From: Nemertoderma westbladi
Lineage: Eukaryota; Animalia; Xenacoelomorpha
NCBI GenBank assembly: GCA_032718475.1
Contig: JAUCBJ010002122.1
Coordinates: 1 to 41,798, forward strand
Direction of reading: 5' to 3'
Length of the DNA: 41,798 bases
A program made the translations under genes and the position numbers. Below are positions 21,820-37,200 of this stretch, piece by piece; the stretch's first letter is position 1; each line of letters opens with the position of its first letter. The notes under the pieces were generated by a model that did no database searches, was not told where the DNA came from, and worked only from the letters and a program-made list of their open reading frames with translations.

Positions 21820-24800
21820 ATATAGGAGTACTGGTTCTAACAGCTGTATGATGGACTCCATATAGGAGTACTGGTTCTAACTGCTGTATGATGGACTCCA
21901 TATAGGAGTACTGGTTCTAACTGCTGTATGATGGACTCCATATCGGAGTACTGGTTCTAACTGCTGTATGATGGACTCCATATAGGAGTACTGGTTCTAA
22001 CAGCTGTATGATGGACTCCATATAGGAGTACTGGTTCTAACTGCTGTATGATGGACTCCATATAGGAGTACTGGTTCTAACTGCTGTATGATGGACTCCA
22101 TATCGGAGTACTGGTTCTAACTGCTGTATGATGGACTCCATATAGTACTGGTTCTAACTGCTGTATGATGGACTCCATATAGGAGTACTGATTCTAACTG
22201 CTGTATGATGGACTCCATATAGGAGTTCTAACTGCTGTATGATGGACTCCATATAGGAGTACTGGTTCTAACTTTTGTATGATGGACTCCATATAGGAGT
22301 ACTGATTCTAACTGCTGTATGATGGACTCCATATAGGAGTACTGGTTCTAACTTCTGATTGATGGACTCCATATAGGAGTACTGGTTCTAACTTCTGATT
22401 GATGGACTCCATAAAGGAGTACTGGTTCTAACTGCTGATTGCGGAGTACTGGTTCTAATTACTGTATGATGGACTCCATAAAGGAGTACTGGTTCTAACT
22501 TCTGATTGATAGACTCCATATAGGAGTACTGGTTCTAACTGCTACTGGAGTACTGGTTCTAACTTCTGATTGATGCTCCATATAGGAGTACTGGTTCCAA
22601 CTGCTGTATGATGGTCTCCATATAGGAGTACTGGTTCTAACAGCTGTATGATGGACTCCATATAGGAAGGAGTACTGGTTCTAACTGCTGTATGATGGAC
22701 TCCATATAGGAGTACTGGTTCTAACTTGATTGATGGACTGACTCCATATAAGAGTACTGGTTCTAACTTCTGATTGATGCTCCATATAGGAGTACTGGTT
22801 CTAACTGCTGTATGATGGTCTCCATATAGGAGTACTGGTTCTAACAGCTGTATGATGGACTCCATATAGGAGTACTGGTTCTAACTGCTGATTGATGAAC
22901 TCCATATAGGAGTACTGATTCTAACTGCTGTATGATGGACTCCATATAGGAGTACTGGTTCTAACTGCTGTATGATGGACTCCATATAGGAGTACTGGTT
23001 CTAACTGCTGTATGATGGACTCCATATAGGAGTACTGGTTCTAACTGCTGATTGATGAACTCCATATAGGAGTACTGATTCTAACTGCTGTATGATGGAC
23101 TCCATATAGGAGTTCTAACTGCTGTATGATGGACTCCATATAGGAGTTCTAACTGCTGATTGATGAACTCCATATATGAGTACTGATTCTAACTGCTGTA
23201 TGATGGACTCCATATAGGAGTACTGGTTCTAACTGCTGTATGATGGACTCCATATAGGAGTACTGGTTCTAACTGCTGCATGATGGACTCCATATAGGAG
23301 TACTGGTTCTAACTGCTGTATGATGGACTCCATATAGGAGTACTGATTCTAACTGCTGTATGATGGACTCCATATAGGAGTTCTAACTGCTGTATGATGG
23401 ACTCCATATAGGAGTACTGGTTCTAACTTTTGTATGATGGACTTCATATAGGAGTACTGATTCTAACTGCTGTATGATGGACTCCATATAGGAGTACTGG
23501 TTCTAACTTCTGATTGATGGACTCCATATAGGAGTACTGGTTCTAACTTCTGATTGATGGACTCCATATAGGAGTACTGGTTCTAACTGCTGTATGATGG
23601 ACTCCATATAGGAGTACTGGTTCTAACTGCTGTATGATGGACTCCATATAGGAGTACTGGTTCTAACTGCTGTATGATGGAATCCTTATAGGAGTACTGG
23701 TTCCTGGTTCTATCTGCTGATTGATGCTCCATATAGGAGTACTGGTTCTAACTGCTGTATGATGGTCTCCATATAGGAGTACTGGTTCTAACTGCTGTAT
23801 GATGGACTCCATATAGGAGTACTGGTTCTAACTGCTGTATGATGGAATCCATATAGGAAGGAGTACTGGTTCTAACTGCTGTATGATGGACTCCATATAG
23901 GAGTACTGGTTCTAACTTATGATTGAAGGACTCCATAAAGGAGTACTGGTTCTAAATTCTGATTGATGGACTCCATATAGGAGTACTGGTTCTAACTGCT
24001 GTATGATGGTCTCCATATAGGAGTACTGGTTCTAACTGCTGTATGATGGACTCCATATAGGAGTACTGGTTCTAACTGCTGTATGATGGAATCCATATAG
24101 GAAGGAGTACTGGTTCTAACTGCTGTATGATGGACTCCATATAGGAGTACTGGTTCTAACTTCTGATCGATGGACTCCATATAGGAGTACTGGTTCTAAC
24201 TGCTGTATGATGGACTCCATATAGGAGTACTGGTTCTAACTGCTGTATGATGGACTCCATATAGGAGTACTGGTTCTAACTTCTGATTGATGCTCCATAT
24301 AGGAGTACTGGTTCTAACTGCTGTATGATGGACTCCATATAGGAGTACTGGTTCTAACTGCTGTATGATGGACTCCATATAGGAGTACTGGTTCTAACTG
24401 CTGTATGATGGAATCCATATAGGAAGGAGTACTGGTTCTAACTGCTGTATGATGGACTCCATATAGGAGTACTGGTTCTAACTTCTGATCGATGGACTCC
24501 ATATAGGAGTACTGGTTCTAACTGCTGTATGATGGACTCCATATAGGAGTACTGGTTCTAACTGCTGTATGATGGAATCCATATAGGAAGGAGTACTGGT
24601 TCTAACTTCTGATTGATGGACTCCATATAGGAGTACTGGTTCTAACTGCTGTATGATGGACTCCATATAGGAGTACTGGTTCTAACTGCTGTATGATGGA
24701 ATCCATATAGGAAGGAGTACTGGTTCTAACTGCTGTATGATGGACTCCATATAGGAGTACTGGTTCTAACTTATGATTGATGGACTGACTCCATATAGGA

Positions 24801-27800
24801 GTACTGGTTCTAACTTCTGATCGATGGACTCCATATAGGAGTACTGGTTCTAACTGCTGTATGATGGACTCCATATAGGAGTACTGGTTCTAACTGCTGT
24901 ATGATGGAATCCATATAGGAAGGAGTACTGGTTCTAACTTCTGATTGATGGACTCCATATAGGAGTACTAGTTCTAACTTCTGATTGATGGACTCCATAT
25001 AGGAGTACTGGTTCTAACTGCTGTATGATGGACTCCATATAGGAGTACTGGTTCTAACTGCTGTATGATGGACTCCATATAGGAGTACTGGTTCTAACTG
25101 CTGTATGATGGAATCCATATAGGAGTACTGGTTCTAACAGCTGTATGATGGACTCCATATAGGAGTACTGGTTCTAACTGCTGTATGATGGACTCCATAT
25201 AGGAGTACTGGTTCTAACTGCTGTATGATGGACTCCATATCGGAGTACTGGTTCTAACTGCTGTATGATGGACTCCATATAGGAGTACTGGTTCTAACAG
25301 CTGTATGATGGACTCCATATAGGAGTACTGGTTCTAACTGCTGTATGATGGACTCCATATAGGAGTACTGGTTCTAACTGCTGTATGATGGACTCCATAT
25401 CGGAGTACTGGTTCTAACTGCTGTATGATGGACTCCATATAGTACTGGTTCTAACTGCTGTATGATGGACTCCATATAGGAGTACTGATTCTAACTGCTG
25501 TATGATGGACTCCATATAGGAGTTCTAACTGCTGTATGATGGACTCCATATAGGAGTACTGGTTCTAACTTTTGTATGATGGACTCCATATAGGAGTACT
25601 GATTCTAACTGCTGTATGATGGACTCCATATAGGAGTACTGGTTCTAACTTCTGATTGATGGACTCCATATAGGAGTACTGGTTCTAACTTCTGATTGAT
25701 GGACTCCATAAAGGAGTACTGGTTCTAACTGCTGATTGCGGAGTACTGGTTCTAATTACTGTATGATGGACTCCATAAAGGAGTACTGGTTCTAACTTCT
25801 GATTGATAGACTCCATATAGGAGTACTGGTTCTAACTGCTACTGGAGTACTGGTTCTAACTTCTGATTGATGCTCCATATAGGAGTACTGGTTCCAACTG
25901 CTGTATGATGGTCTCCATATAGGAGTACTGGTTCTAACAGCTGTATGATGGACTCCATATAGGAAGGAGTACTGGTTCTAACTGCTGTATGATGGACTCC
26001 ATATAGGAGTACTGGTTGTAACTGCTGTATGATGGACTCCATATAGGAGTACTGGTTCTAACTTCTGATTGATGGACTCCATATAGGAGTACTGGTTCTA
26101 ACTTCTGATTGATGGACTCCATATAGGAGTACTGGTTCTAACTGCTGTATGATGGACTCCATATAGGAGTACTGGTTCTAACTGCTGTATGATGGACTCC
26201 ATATAGGAGTACTGGTTCTAACTGCTGTATGATGGAATCCTTATAGGAGTACTGGTTCCTGGTTCTATCTGCTGATTGATGCTCCATATAGGAGTACTGG
26301 TTCTAACTGCTGTATGATGGTCTCCATATAGGAGTACTGGTTCTAACTGCTGTATGATGGACTCCATATAGGAGTACTGGTTCTAACTGCTGTATGATGG
26401 AATCCATATAGGAAGGAGTACTGGTTCTAACTGCTGTATGATGGACTCCATATAGGAGTACTGGTTCTAACTTATGATTGAAGGACTCCATAAAGGAGTA
26501 CTGGTTCTAAATTCTGATTGATGGACTCCATATAGGAGTACTGGTTCTAACTGCTGTATGATGGTCTCCATATAGGAGTACTGGTTCTAACTGCTGTATG
26601 ATGGACTCCATATAGGAGTACTGGTTCTAACTGCTGTATGATGGAATCCATATAGGAAGGAGTACTGGTTCTAACTGCTGTATGATGGACTCCATATAGG
26701 AGTACTGGTTCTAACTTCTGATCGATGGACTCCATATAGGAGTACTGGTTCTAACTGCTGTATGATGGACTCCATATAGGAGTACTGGTTCTAACTGCTG
26801 TATGATGGACTCCATATAGGAGTACTGGTTCTAACTTCTGATTGATGCTCCATATAGGAGTACTGGTTCTAACTGCTGTATGATGGACTCCATATAGGAG
26901 TACTGGTTCTAACTGCTGTATGATGGACTCCATATAGGAGTACTGGTTCTAACTGCTGTATGATGGAATCCATATAGGAAGGAGTACTGGTTCTAACTGC
27001 TGTATGATGGACTCCATATAGGAGTACTGGTTCTAACTTCTGATCGATGGACTCCATATAGGAGTACTGGTTCTAACTGCTGTATGATGGACTCCATATA
27101 GGAGTACTGGTTCTAACTGCTGTATGATGGAATCCATATAGGAAGGAGTACTGGTTCTAACTTCTGATTGATGGACTCCATATAGGAGTACTGGTTCTAA
27201 CTGCTGTATGATGGACTCCATATAGGAGTACTGGTTCTAACTGCTGTATGATGGAATCCATATAGGAAGGAGTACTGGTTCTAACTGCTGTATGATGGAC
27301 TCCATATAGGAGTACTGGTTCTAACTTATGATTGATGGACTGACTCCATATAGGAGTACTGGTTCTAACTTCTGATCGATGGACTCCATATAGGAGTACT
27401 GGTTCTAACTGCTGTATGATGGACTCCATATAGGAGTACTGGTTCTAACTGCTGTATGATGGAATCCATATAGGAAGGAGTACTGGTTCTAACTTCTGAT
27501 TGATGGACTCCATATAGGAGTACTAGTTCTAACTTCTGATTGATGGACTCCATATAGGAGTACTGGTTCTAACTGCTGTATGATGGACTCCATATAGGAG
27601 TACTGGTTCTAACTGCTGTATGATGGACTCCATATAGGAGTACTGGTTCTAACTGCTGTATGATGGAATCCATATAGGAGTACTGGTTCTAACAGCTGTA
27701 TGATGGACTCCATATAGGAGTACTGGTTCTAACTGCTGTATGATGGACTCCATATAGGAGTACTGGTTCTAACTGCTGTATGATGGACTCCATATCGGAG

Positions 27801-30800
27801 TACTGGTTCTAACTGCTGTATGATGGACTCCATATAGGAGTACTGGTTCTAACAGCTGTATGATGGACTCCATATAGGAGTACTGGTTCTAACTGCTGTA
27901 TGATGGACTCCATATAGGAGTACTGGTTCTAACTGCTGTATGATGGACTCCATATCGGAGTACTGGTTCTAACTGCTGTATGATGGACTCCATATAGTAC
28001 TGGTTCTAACTGCTGTATGATGGACTCCATATAGGAGTACTGATTCTAACTGCTGTATGATGGACTCCATATAGGAGTTCTAACTGCTGTATGATGGACT
28101 CCATATAGGAGTACTGGTTCTAACTTTTGTATGATGGACTCCATATAGGAGTACTGATTCTAACTGCTGTATGATGGACTCCATATAGGAGTACTGGTTC
28201 TAACTTCTGATTGATGGACTCCATATAGGAGTACTGGTTCTAACTTCTGATTGATGGACTCCATAAAGGAGTACTGGTTCTAACTGCTGATTGCGGAGTA
28301 CTGGTTCTAATTACTGTATGATGGACTCCATAAAGGAGTACTGGTTCTAACTTCTGATTGATAGACTCCATATAGGAGTACTGGTTCTAACTGCTACTGG
28401 AGTACTGGTTCTAACTTCTGATTGATGCTCCATATAGGAGTACTGGTTCCAACTGCTGTATGATGGTCTCCATATAGGAGTACTGGTTCTAACAGCTGTA
28501 TGATGGACTCCATATAGGAAGGAGTACTGGTTCTAACTGCTGTATGATGGACTCCATATAGGAGTACTGGTTCTAACTTGATTGATGGACTGACTCCATA
28601 TAAGAGTACTGGTTCTAACTTCTGATTGATGCTCCATATAGGAGTACTGGTTCTAACTGCTGTATGATGGTCTCCATATAGGAGTACTGGTTCTAACAGC
28701 TGTATGATGGACTCCATATAGGAGTACTGGTTCTAACTGCTGATTGATGAACTCCATATAGGAGTACTGATTCTAACTGCTGTATGATGGACTCCATATA
28801 GGAGTACTGGTTCTAACTGCTGTATGATGGACTCCATATAGGAGTACTGGTTCTAACTGCTGTATGATGGACTCCATATAGGAGTACTGGTTCTAACTGC
28901 TGATTGATGAACTCCATATAGGAGTACTGATTCTAACTGCTGTATGATGGACTCCATATAGGAGTTCTAACTGCTGTATGATGGACTCCATATAGGAGTT
29001 CTAACTGCTGATTGATGAACTCCATATATGAGTACTGATTCTAACTGCTGTATGATGGACTCCATATAGGAGTACTGGTTCTAACTGCTGTATGATGGAC
29101 TCCATATAGGAGTACTGGTTCTAACTGCTGCATGATGGACTCCATATAGGAGTACTGGTTCTAACTGCTGTATGATGGACTCCATATAGGAGTACTGATT
29201 CTAACTGCTGTATGATGGACTCCATATAGGAGTTCTAACTGCTGTATGATGGACTCCATATAGGAGTACTGGTTCTAACTTTTGTATGATGGACTTCATA
29301 TAGGAGTACTGATTCTAACTGCTGTATGATGGACTCCATATAGGAGTACTGGTTCTAACTTCTGATTGATGGACTCCATATAGGAGTACTGGTTCTAACT
29401 TCTGATTGATGGACTCCATATAGGAGTACTGGTTCTAACTGCTGTATGATGGACTCCATATAGGAGTACTGGTTCTAACTGCTGTATGATGGACTCCATA
29501 TAGGAGTACTGGTTCTAACTGCTGTATGATGGAATCCTTATAGGAGTACTGGTTCCTGGTTCTATCTGCTGATTGATGCTCCATATAGGAGTACTGGTTC
29601 TAACTGCTGTATGATGGTCTCCATATAGGAGTACTGGTTCTAACTGCTGTATGATGGACTCCATATAGGAGTACTGGTTCTAACTGCTGTATGATGGAAT
29701 CCATATAGGAAGGAGTACTGGTTCTAACTGCTGTATGATGGACTCCATATAGGAGTACTGGTTCTAACTTATGATTGAAGGACTCCATAAAGGAGTACTG
29801 GTTCTAAATTCTGATTGATGGACTCCATATAGGAGTACTGGTTCTAACTGCTGTATGATGGTCTCCATATAGGAGTACTGGTTCTAACTGCTGTATGATG
29901 GACTCCATATAGGAGTACTGGTTCTAACTGCTGTATGATGGAATCCATATAGGAAGGAGTACTGGTTCTAACTGCTGTATGATGGACTCCATATAGGAGT
30001 ACTGGTTCTAACTTCTGATCGATGGACTCCATATAGGAGTACTGGTTCTAACTGCTGTATGATGGACTCCATATAGGAGTACTGGTTCTAACTGCTGTAT
30101 GATGGACTCCATATAGGAGTACTGGTTCTAACTTCTGATTGATGCTCCATATAGGAGTACTGGTTCTAACTGCTGTATGATGGACTCCATATAGGAGTAC
30201 TGGTTCTAACTGCTGTATGATGGACTCCATATAGGAGTACTGGTTCTAACTGCTGTATGATGGAATCCATATAGGAAGGAGTACTGGTTCTAACTGCTGT
30301 ATGATGGACTCCATATAGGAGTACTGGTTCTAACTTCTGATCGATGGACTCCATATAGGAGTACTGGTTCTAACTGCTGTATGATGGACTCCATATAGGA
30401 GTACTGGTTCTAACTGCTGTATGATGGAATCCATATAGGAAGGAGTACTGGTTCTAACTTCTGATTGATGGACTCCATATAGGAGTACTGGTTCTAACTG
30501 CTGTATGATGGACTCCATATAGGAGTACTGGTTCTAACTGCTGTATGATGGAATCCATATAGGAAGGAGTACTGGTTCTAACTGCTGTATGATGGACTCC
30601 ATATAGGAGTACTGGTTCTAACTTATGATTGATGGACTGACTCCATATAGGAGTACTGGTTCTAACTTCTGATCGATGGACTCCATATAGGAGTACTGGT
30701 TCTAACTGCTGTATGATGGACTCCATATAGGAGTACTGGTTCTAACTGCTGTATGATGGAATCCATATAGGAAGGAGTACTGGTTCTAACTTCTGATTGA

Positions 30801-33800
30801 TGGACTCCATATAGGAGTACTAGTTCTAACTTCTGATTGATGGACTCCATATAGGAGTACTGGTTCTAACTGCTGTATGATGGACTCCATATAGGAGTAC
30901 TGGTTCTAACTGCTGTATGATGGACTCCATATAGGAGTACTGGTTCTAACTGCTGTATGATGGAATCCATATAGGAGTACTGGTTCTAACAGCTGTATGA
31001 TGGACTCCATATAGGAGTACTGGTTCTAACTGCTGTATGATGGACTCCATATAGGAGTACTGGTTCTAACTGCTGTATGATGGACTCCATATCGGAGTAC
31101 TGGTTCTAACTGCTGTATGATGGACTCCATATAGGAGTACTGGTTCTAACAGCTGTATGATGGACTCCATATAGGAGTACTGGTTCTAACTGCTGTATGA
31201 TGGACTCCATATAGGAGTACTGGTTCTAACTGCTGTATGATGGACTCCATATCGGAGTACTGGTTCTAACTGCTGTATGATGGACTCCATATAGTACTGG
31301 TTCTAACTGCTGTATGATGGACTCCATATAGGAGTACTGATTCTAACTGCTGTATGATGGACTCCATATAGGAGTTCTAACTGCTGTATGATGGACTCCA
31401 TATAGGAGTACTGGTTCTAACTTTTGTATGATGGACTCCATATAGGAGTACTGATTCTAACTGCTGTATGATGGACTCCATATAGGAGTACTGGTTCTAA
31501 CTTCTGATTGATGGACTCCATATAGGAGTACTGGTTCTAACTTCTGATTGATGGACTCCATAAAGGAGTACTGGTTCTAACTGCTGATTGCGGAGTACTG
31601 GTTCTAATTACTGTATGATGGACTCCATAAAGGAGTACTGGTTCTAACTTCTGATTGATAGACTCCATATAGGAGTACTGGTTCTAACTGCTACTGGAGT
31701 ACTGGTTCTAACTTCTGATTGATGCTCCATATAGGAGTACTGGTTCCAACTGCTGTATGATGGTCTCCATATAGGAGTACTGGTTCTAACAGCTGTATGA
31801 TGGACTCCATATAGGAAGGAGTACTGGTTCTAACTGCTGTATGATGGACTCCATATAGGAGTACTGGTTCTAACTTATGATTGATGGACTGACTCCATAT
31901 AAGAGTACTGGTTCTAACTTCTGATTGATGCTCCATATAGGAGTACTGGTTCTAACTGCTGTATGATGGTCTCCATATAGGAGTACTGGTTCTAACAGCT
32001 GTATGATGGACTCCATATAGGAGTACTGGTTCTAACTGCTGATTGATGAACTCCATATAGGAGTACTGATTCTAACTGCTGTATGATGGACTCCATATAG
32101 GAGTACTGGTTCTAACTGCTGTATGATGGACTCCATATAGGAGTACTGGTTCTAACTGCTGTATGATGGACTCCATATAGGAGTACTGGTTCTAACTGCT
32201 GATTGATGAACTCCATATAGGAGTACTGATTCTAACTGCTGTATGATGGACTCCATATAGGAGTTCTAACTGCTGTATGATGGACTCCATATAGGAGTTC
32301 TAACTGCTGATTGATGAACTCCATATATGAGTACTGATTCTAACTGCTGTATGATGGACTCCATATAGGAGTACTGGTTCTAACTGCTGTATGATGGACT
32401 CCATATAGGAGTACTGGTTCTAACTGCTGCATGATGGACTCCATATAGGAGTACTGGTTCTAACTGCTGTATGATGGACTCCATATAGGAGTACTGATTC
32501 TAACTGCTGTATGATGGACTCCATATAGGAGTTCTAACTGCTGTATGATGGACTCCATATAGGAGTACTGGTTCTAACTTTTGTATGATGGACTTCATAT
32601 AGGAGTACTGATTCTAACTGCTGTATGATGGACTCCATATAGGAGTACTGGTTCTAACTTCTGATTGATGGACTCCATATAGGAGTACTGGTTCTAACTT
32701 CTGATTGATGGACTCCATATAGGAGTACTGGTTCTAACTGCTGTATGATGGACTCCATATAGGAGTACTGGTTCTAACTGCTGTATGATGGACTCCATAT
32801 AGGAGTACTGGTTCTAACTGCTGTATGATGGAATCCTTATAGGAGTACTGGTTCCTGGTTCTATCTGCTGATTGATGCTCCATATAGGAGTACTGGTTCT
32901 AACTGCTGTATGATGGTCTCCATATAGGAGTACTGGTTCTAACTGCTGTATGATGGACTCCATATAGGAGTACTGGTTCTAACTGCTGTATGATGGAATC
33001 CATATAGGAAGGAGTACTGGTTCTAACTGCTGTATGATGGACTCCATATAGGAGTACTGGTTCTAACTTATGATTGAAGGACTCCATAAAGGAGTACTGG
33101 TTCTAAATTCTGATTGATGGACTCCATATAGGAGTACTGGTTCTAACTGCTGTATGATGGTCTCCATATAGGAGTACTGGTTCTAACTGCTGTATGATGG
33201 ACTCCATATAGGAGTACTGGTTCTAACTGCTGTATGATGGAATCCATATAGGAAGGAGTACTGGTTCTAACTGCTGTATGATGGACTCCATATAGGAGTA
33301 CTGGTTCTAACTTCTGATCGATGGACTCCATATAGGAGTACTGGTTCTAACTGCTGTATGATGGACTCCATATAGGAGTACTGGTTCTAACTGCTGTATG
33401 ATGGACTCCATATAGGAGTACTGGTTCTAACTTCTGATTGATGCTCCATATAGGAGTACTGGTTCTAACTGCTGTATGATGGACTCCATATAGGAGTACT
33501 GGTTCTAACTGCTGTATGATGGACTCCATATAGGAGTACTGGTTCTAACTGCTGTATGATGGAATCCATATAGGAAGGAGTACTGGTTCTAACTGCTGTA
33601 TGATGGACTCCATATAGGAGTACTGGTTCTAACTTCTGATCGATGGACTCCATATAGGAGTACTGGTTCTAACTGCTGTATGATGGACTCCATATAGGAG
33701 TACTGGTTCTAACTGCTGTATGATGGAATCCATATAGGAAGGAGTACTGGTTCTAACTTCTGATTGATGGACTCCATATAGGAGTACTGGTTCTAACTGC

Positions 33801-34290
33801 TGTATGATGGACTCCATATAGGAGTACTGGTTCTAACTGCTGTATGATGGAATCCATATAGGAAGGAGTACTGGTTCTAACTGCTGTATGATGGACTCCA
33901 TATAGGAGTACTGGTTCTAACTTATGATTGATGGACTGACTCCATATAGGAGTACTGGTTCTAACTTCTGATCGATGGACTCCATATAGGAGTACTGGTT
34001 CTAACTGCTGTATGATGGACTCCATATAGGAGTACTGGTTCTAACTGCTGTATGATGGAATCCATATAGGAAGGAGTACTGGTTCTAACTTCTGATTGAT
34101 GGATTCCATATAGGAGTACTAGTTCTAACTTCTGATTGATGGACTCCATATAGGAGTACTGGTTCTAACTGCTGTATGATGGACTCCATATAGGAGTACT
34201 GGTTCTAACTGCTGTATGATGGACTCCATATAGGAGTACTGGTTCTAACTGCTGTATGATGGAATCCATATAGGAGTACTGGTTCTAACT
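21820..34290. repeat. Higher-order repeat block: about 3.3-kb units (3297/3299 bp) with one 2555-bp deletion derivative
   Basis: Identical ORF series recur at 23748, 26303, 29600 and 32899 (steps 2555, 3297, 3299). The rare TACTAGTTCT variant recurs with the same steps (about 24970, 27525, 30822, 34121). Confidence 0.9.
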
Positions 34291-37200
34291 GCTGTATGAT
34301 GGACTCCATATAGGAGTACTGGTTCTAACTGCTGTATGATGGAATCCATATAGGAAGGAGTACTGGTTCTAACTTCTGATCGATGGACTCCATATAGGAG
34401 TACTGGTTCTAACTTCTGATCGATGGACTCCATATAGGAGTACTGGTTCTAACTGCTGTATGATGGACTCCATATAGGAGTACTGGTTCTAACTTATGAT
34501 TGATGGACTGACTCCATATAGGAGTACTGGTTCTAACTTCTGATCGATGGACTCCATATAGGAGTACTGGTTCTAACTGCTGTATGATGGACTCCATATA
34601 GGAGTACTGGTTCTAACTGCTGTATGATGGAATCCATATAGGAAGGAGTACTGGTTCTAACTGCTGTATGATGGACTCCATATAGGAGTACTGGTTCTAA
34701 CTTATGATTGATGGACTGACTCCATTTAGGAGTACTGGTTCTAACTTCTGATTGATGCTCCATATAGGAGTACTGGTTCTAACTGCTGTATGATGGTCTC
34801 CATATAGGAGTACTGTTTCTAACTGCTGTATGATGGACTCCATATAGGAGTACTGGTTCTAACTGCTGTATGATGGACTCAATATAGGAGTACTGGTTCT
34901 AACTTATGATTGATGGACTGACTCCATATAGGAGTACTGGTTCTAACTGCTGTATGATGGAATCCATATAGGAAGGAGTACTGGTTCTAACTGCTGTATG
35001 ATGGACTCCATATAGGAGTACTGGTTTTAACTGCTGTATGATGGACTCCATATAGGAGTACTGGTTCTAACTGCTGTATGATGGAATCCATATAGGAAGG
35101 AGTACTGGTTCTAACTGCTGTATGATGGACTCCATATAGGAGTACTGGTTCTAACTGCTGTATGATGGACTCCATATAGGAGTACTGGTTCTAACTTATG
35201 ATTGATGGACTGACTCCATATAGGAGTACTGGTTCTAACTGCTGTATGATGGAATCCATATAGGAAGGAGTACTGGTTCTAACTGCTGTATGATGGACTC
35301 CATATAGGAGTACTGGTTTTAACTGCTGTATGATGGACTCCATATAGGAGTACTGGTTCTAACTGCTGTATGATGGAATCCATATAGGAAGGAGTACTGG
35401 TTCTAACTGCTGTATGATGGACTCCATATAGGAGTACTGGTTCTAACTGCTGTATGATGGACTCCATAAAGGAGTACTGGTTCTAACTTCTGATCGATGG
35501 ACTCCATATAGGAGTACTGGTTCTAACTGCTGTATGATGGACTCCATATAGGAGTACTGGTTTTAACTGCTGTATGATGGACTCCATATAGGAGTACTGG
35601 TTCTAACTGCTGTATGATGGAATCCATATAGGAAGGAGTACTGGTTCTAACTGCTGTATGATGGACTCCATATAGGAGTACTGGTTCTAACTTATGATTG
35701 AAGGACTGACTCCATATAGGAGTACTGGTTCTAACTTCTGATTGCGGAGTACTGGTTCTAACAGCTGTATGATGGACTCCATATAGGAAGGAGTACTGGT
35801 TCTAACTGCTGTATGATGGACTCCATATAGGAGTACTGGTTCTAACTTCTGATTGATGGACTGACTCCATATAGGAGTACTGGTTCTAACTTCTGATTGA
35901 TGCTCCATATAGGAGTACTGGTTCTAACTGCTGTATGATGGTCTCCATATAGGAGTACTGGTTCTAACAGCTGTATGATGGACTCCATATAGGAGTACTG
36001 GTTCTAACTGCTGTATGATGGAATCCATATAGGAAGGAGTACTGGTTCTAACTGCTGTATGATGGTCTCCATATAGGAGTACTGGTTCTAACTGCTGTAT
36101 GATGGACTCCATATAGGAGTACTGGTTCTAACTGCTGTATGATGGACTCCATATAGGAGTACTGGTTCTAACTGCTGTATGATGGACTCCATATCGGAGT
36201 ACTGGTTCTAACTGCTGTATGATGGACTCCATATAGGAGTACTGGTTCTAACAGCTGTATGATGGACTCCATATAGGAGTACTGGTTCTAACTGCTGTAT
36301 GATGGACTCCATATAGGAGTACTGATTCTAACTGCTGTATGATGGACTCCATATAGGAGTTCTAACTGCTGTATGATGGACTCCATATAGGAGTACTGGT
36401 TCTAACTTTTGTATGATGGACTCCATATAGGAGTACTGATTCTAACTGCTGTATGATGGACTCCATATAGGAGTACTGGTTCTAACTTCTGATTGATGGA
36501 CTCCATATAGGAGTACTGGTTCTAACTTCTGATTGATGGACTCCATAAAGGAGTACTGGTTCTAACTGCTGATTGCGGAGTACTGGTTCTAATTACTGTA
36601 TGATGGACTCCATAAAGGAGTACTGGTTCTAACTTCTGATTGATAGACTCCATATAGGAGTACTGGTTCTAACTGCTACTGGAGTACTGGTTCTAACTTC
36701 TGATTGATGCTCCATATAGGAGTACTGGTTCTAACTGCTGTATGATGGTCTCCATATAGGAGTACTGGTTCTAACAGCTGTATGATGGACTCCATATAGG
36801 AAGGAGTACTGGTTCTAACTGCTGTATGATGGACTCCATATAGGAGTACTGGTTCTAACTTATGATTGATGGACTGACTCCATATAGGAGTACTGGTTCT
36901 AACTTCTGATTGATGCTCCATATAGGAGTACTGGTTCTAACTGCTGTATGATGGTCTCCATATAGGAGTACTGGTTCTAACAGCTGTATGATGGACTCCA
37001 TATAGGAGTACTGGTTCTAACTGCTGATTGATGAACTCCATATAGGAGTACTGATTCTAACTGCTGTATGATGGACTCCATATAGGAGTACTGGTTCTAA
37101 CTGCTGTATGATGGACTCCATATAGGAGTACTGGTTCTAACTGCTGCATGATGGACTCCATATAGGAGTACTGGTTCTAACTGCTGTATGATGGACTCCA

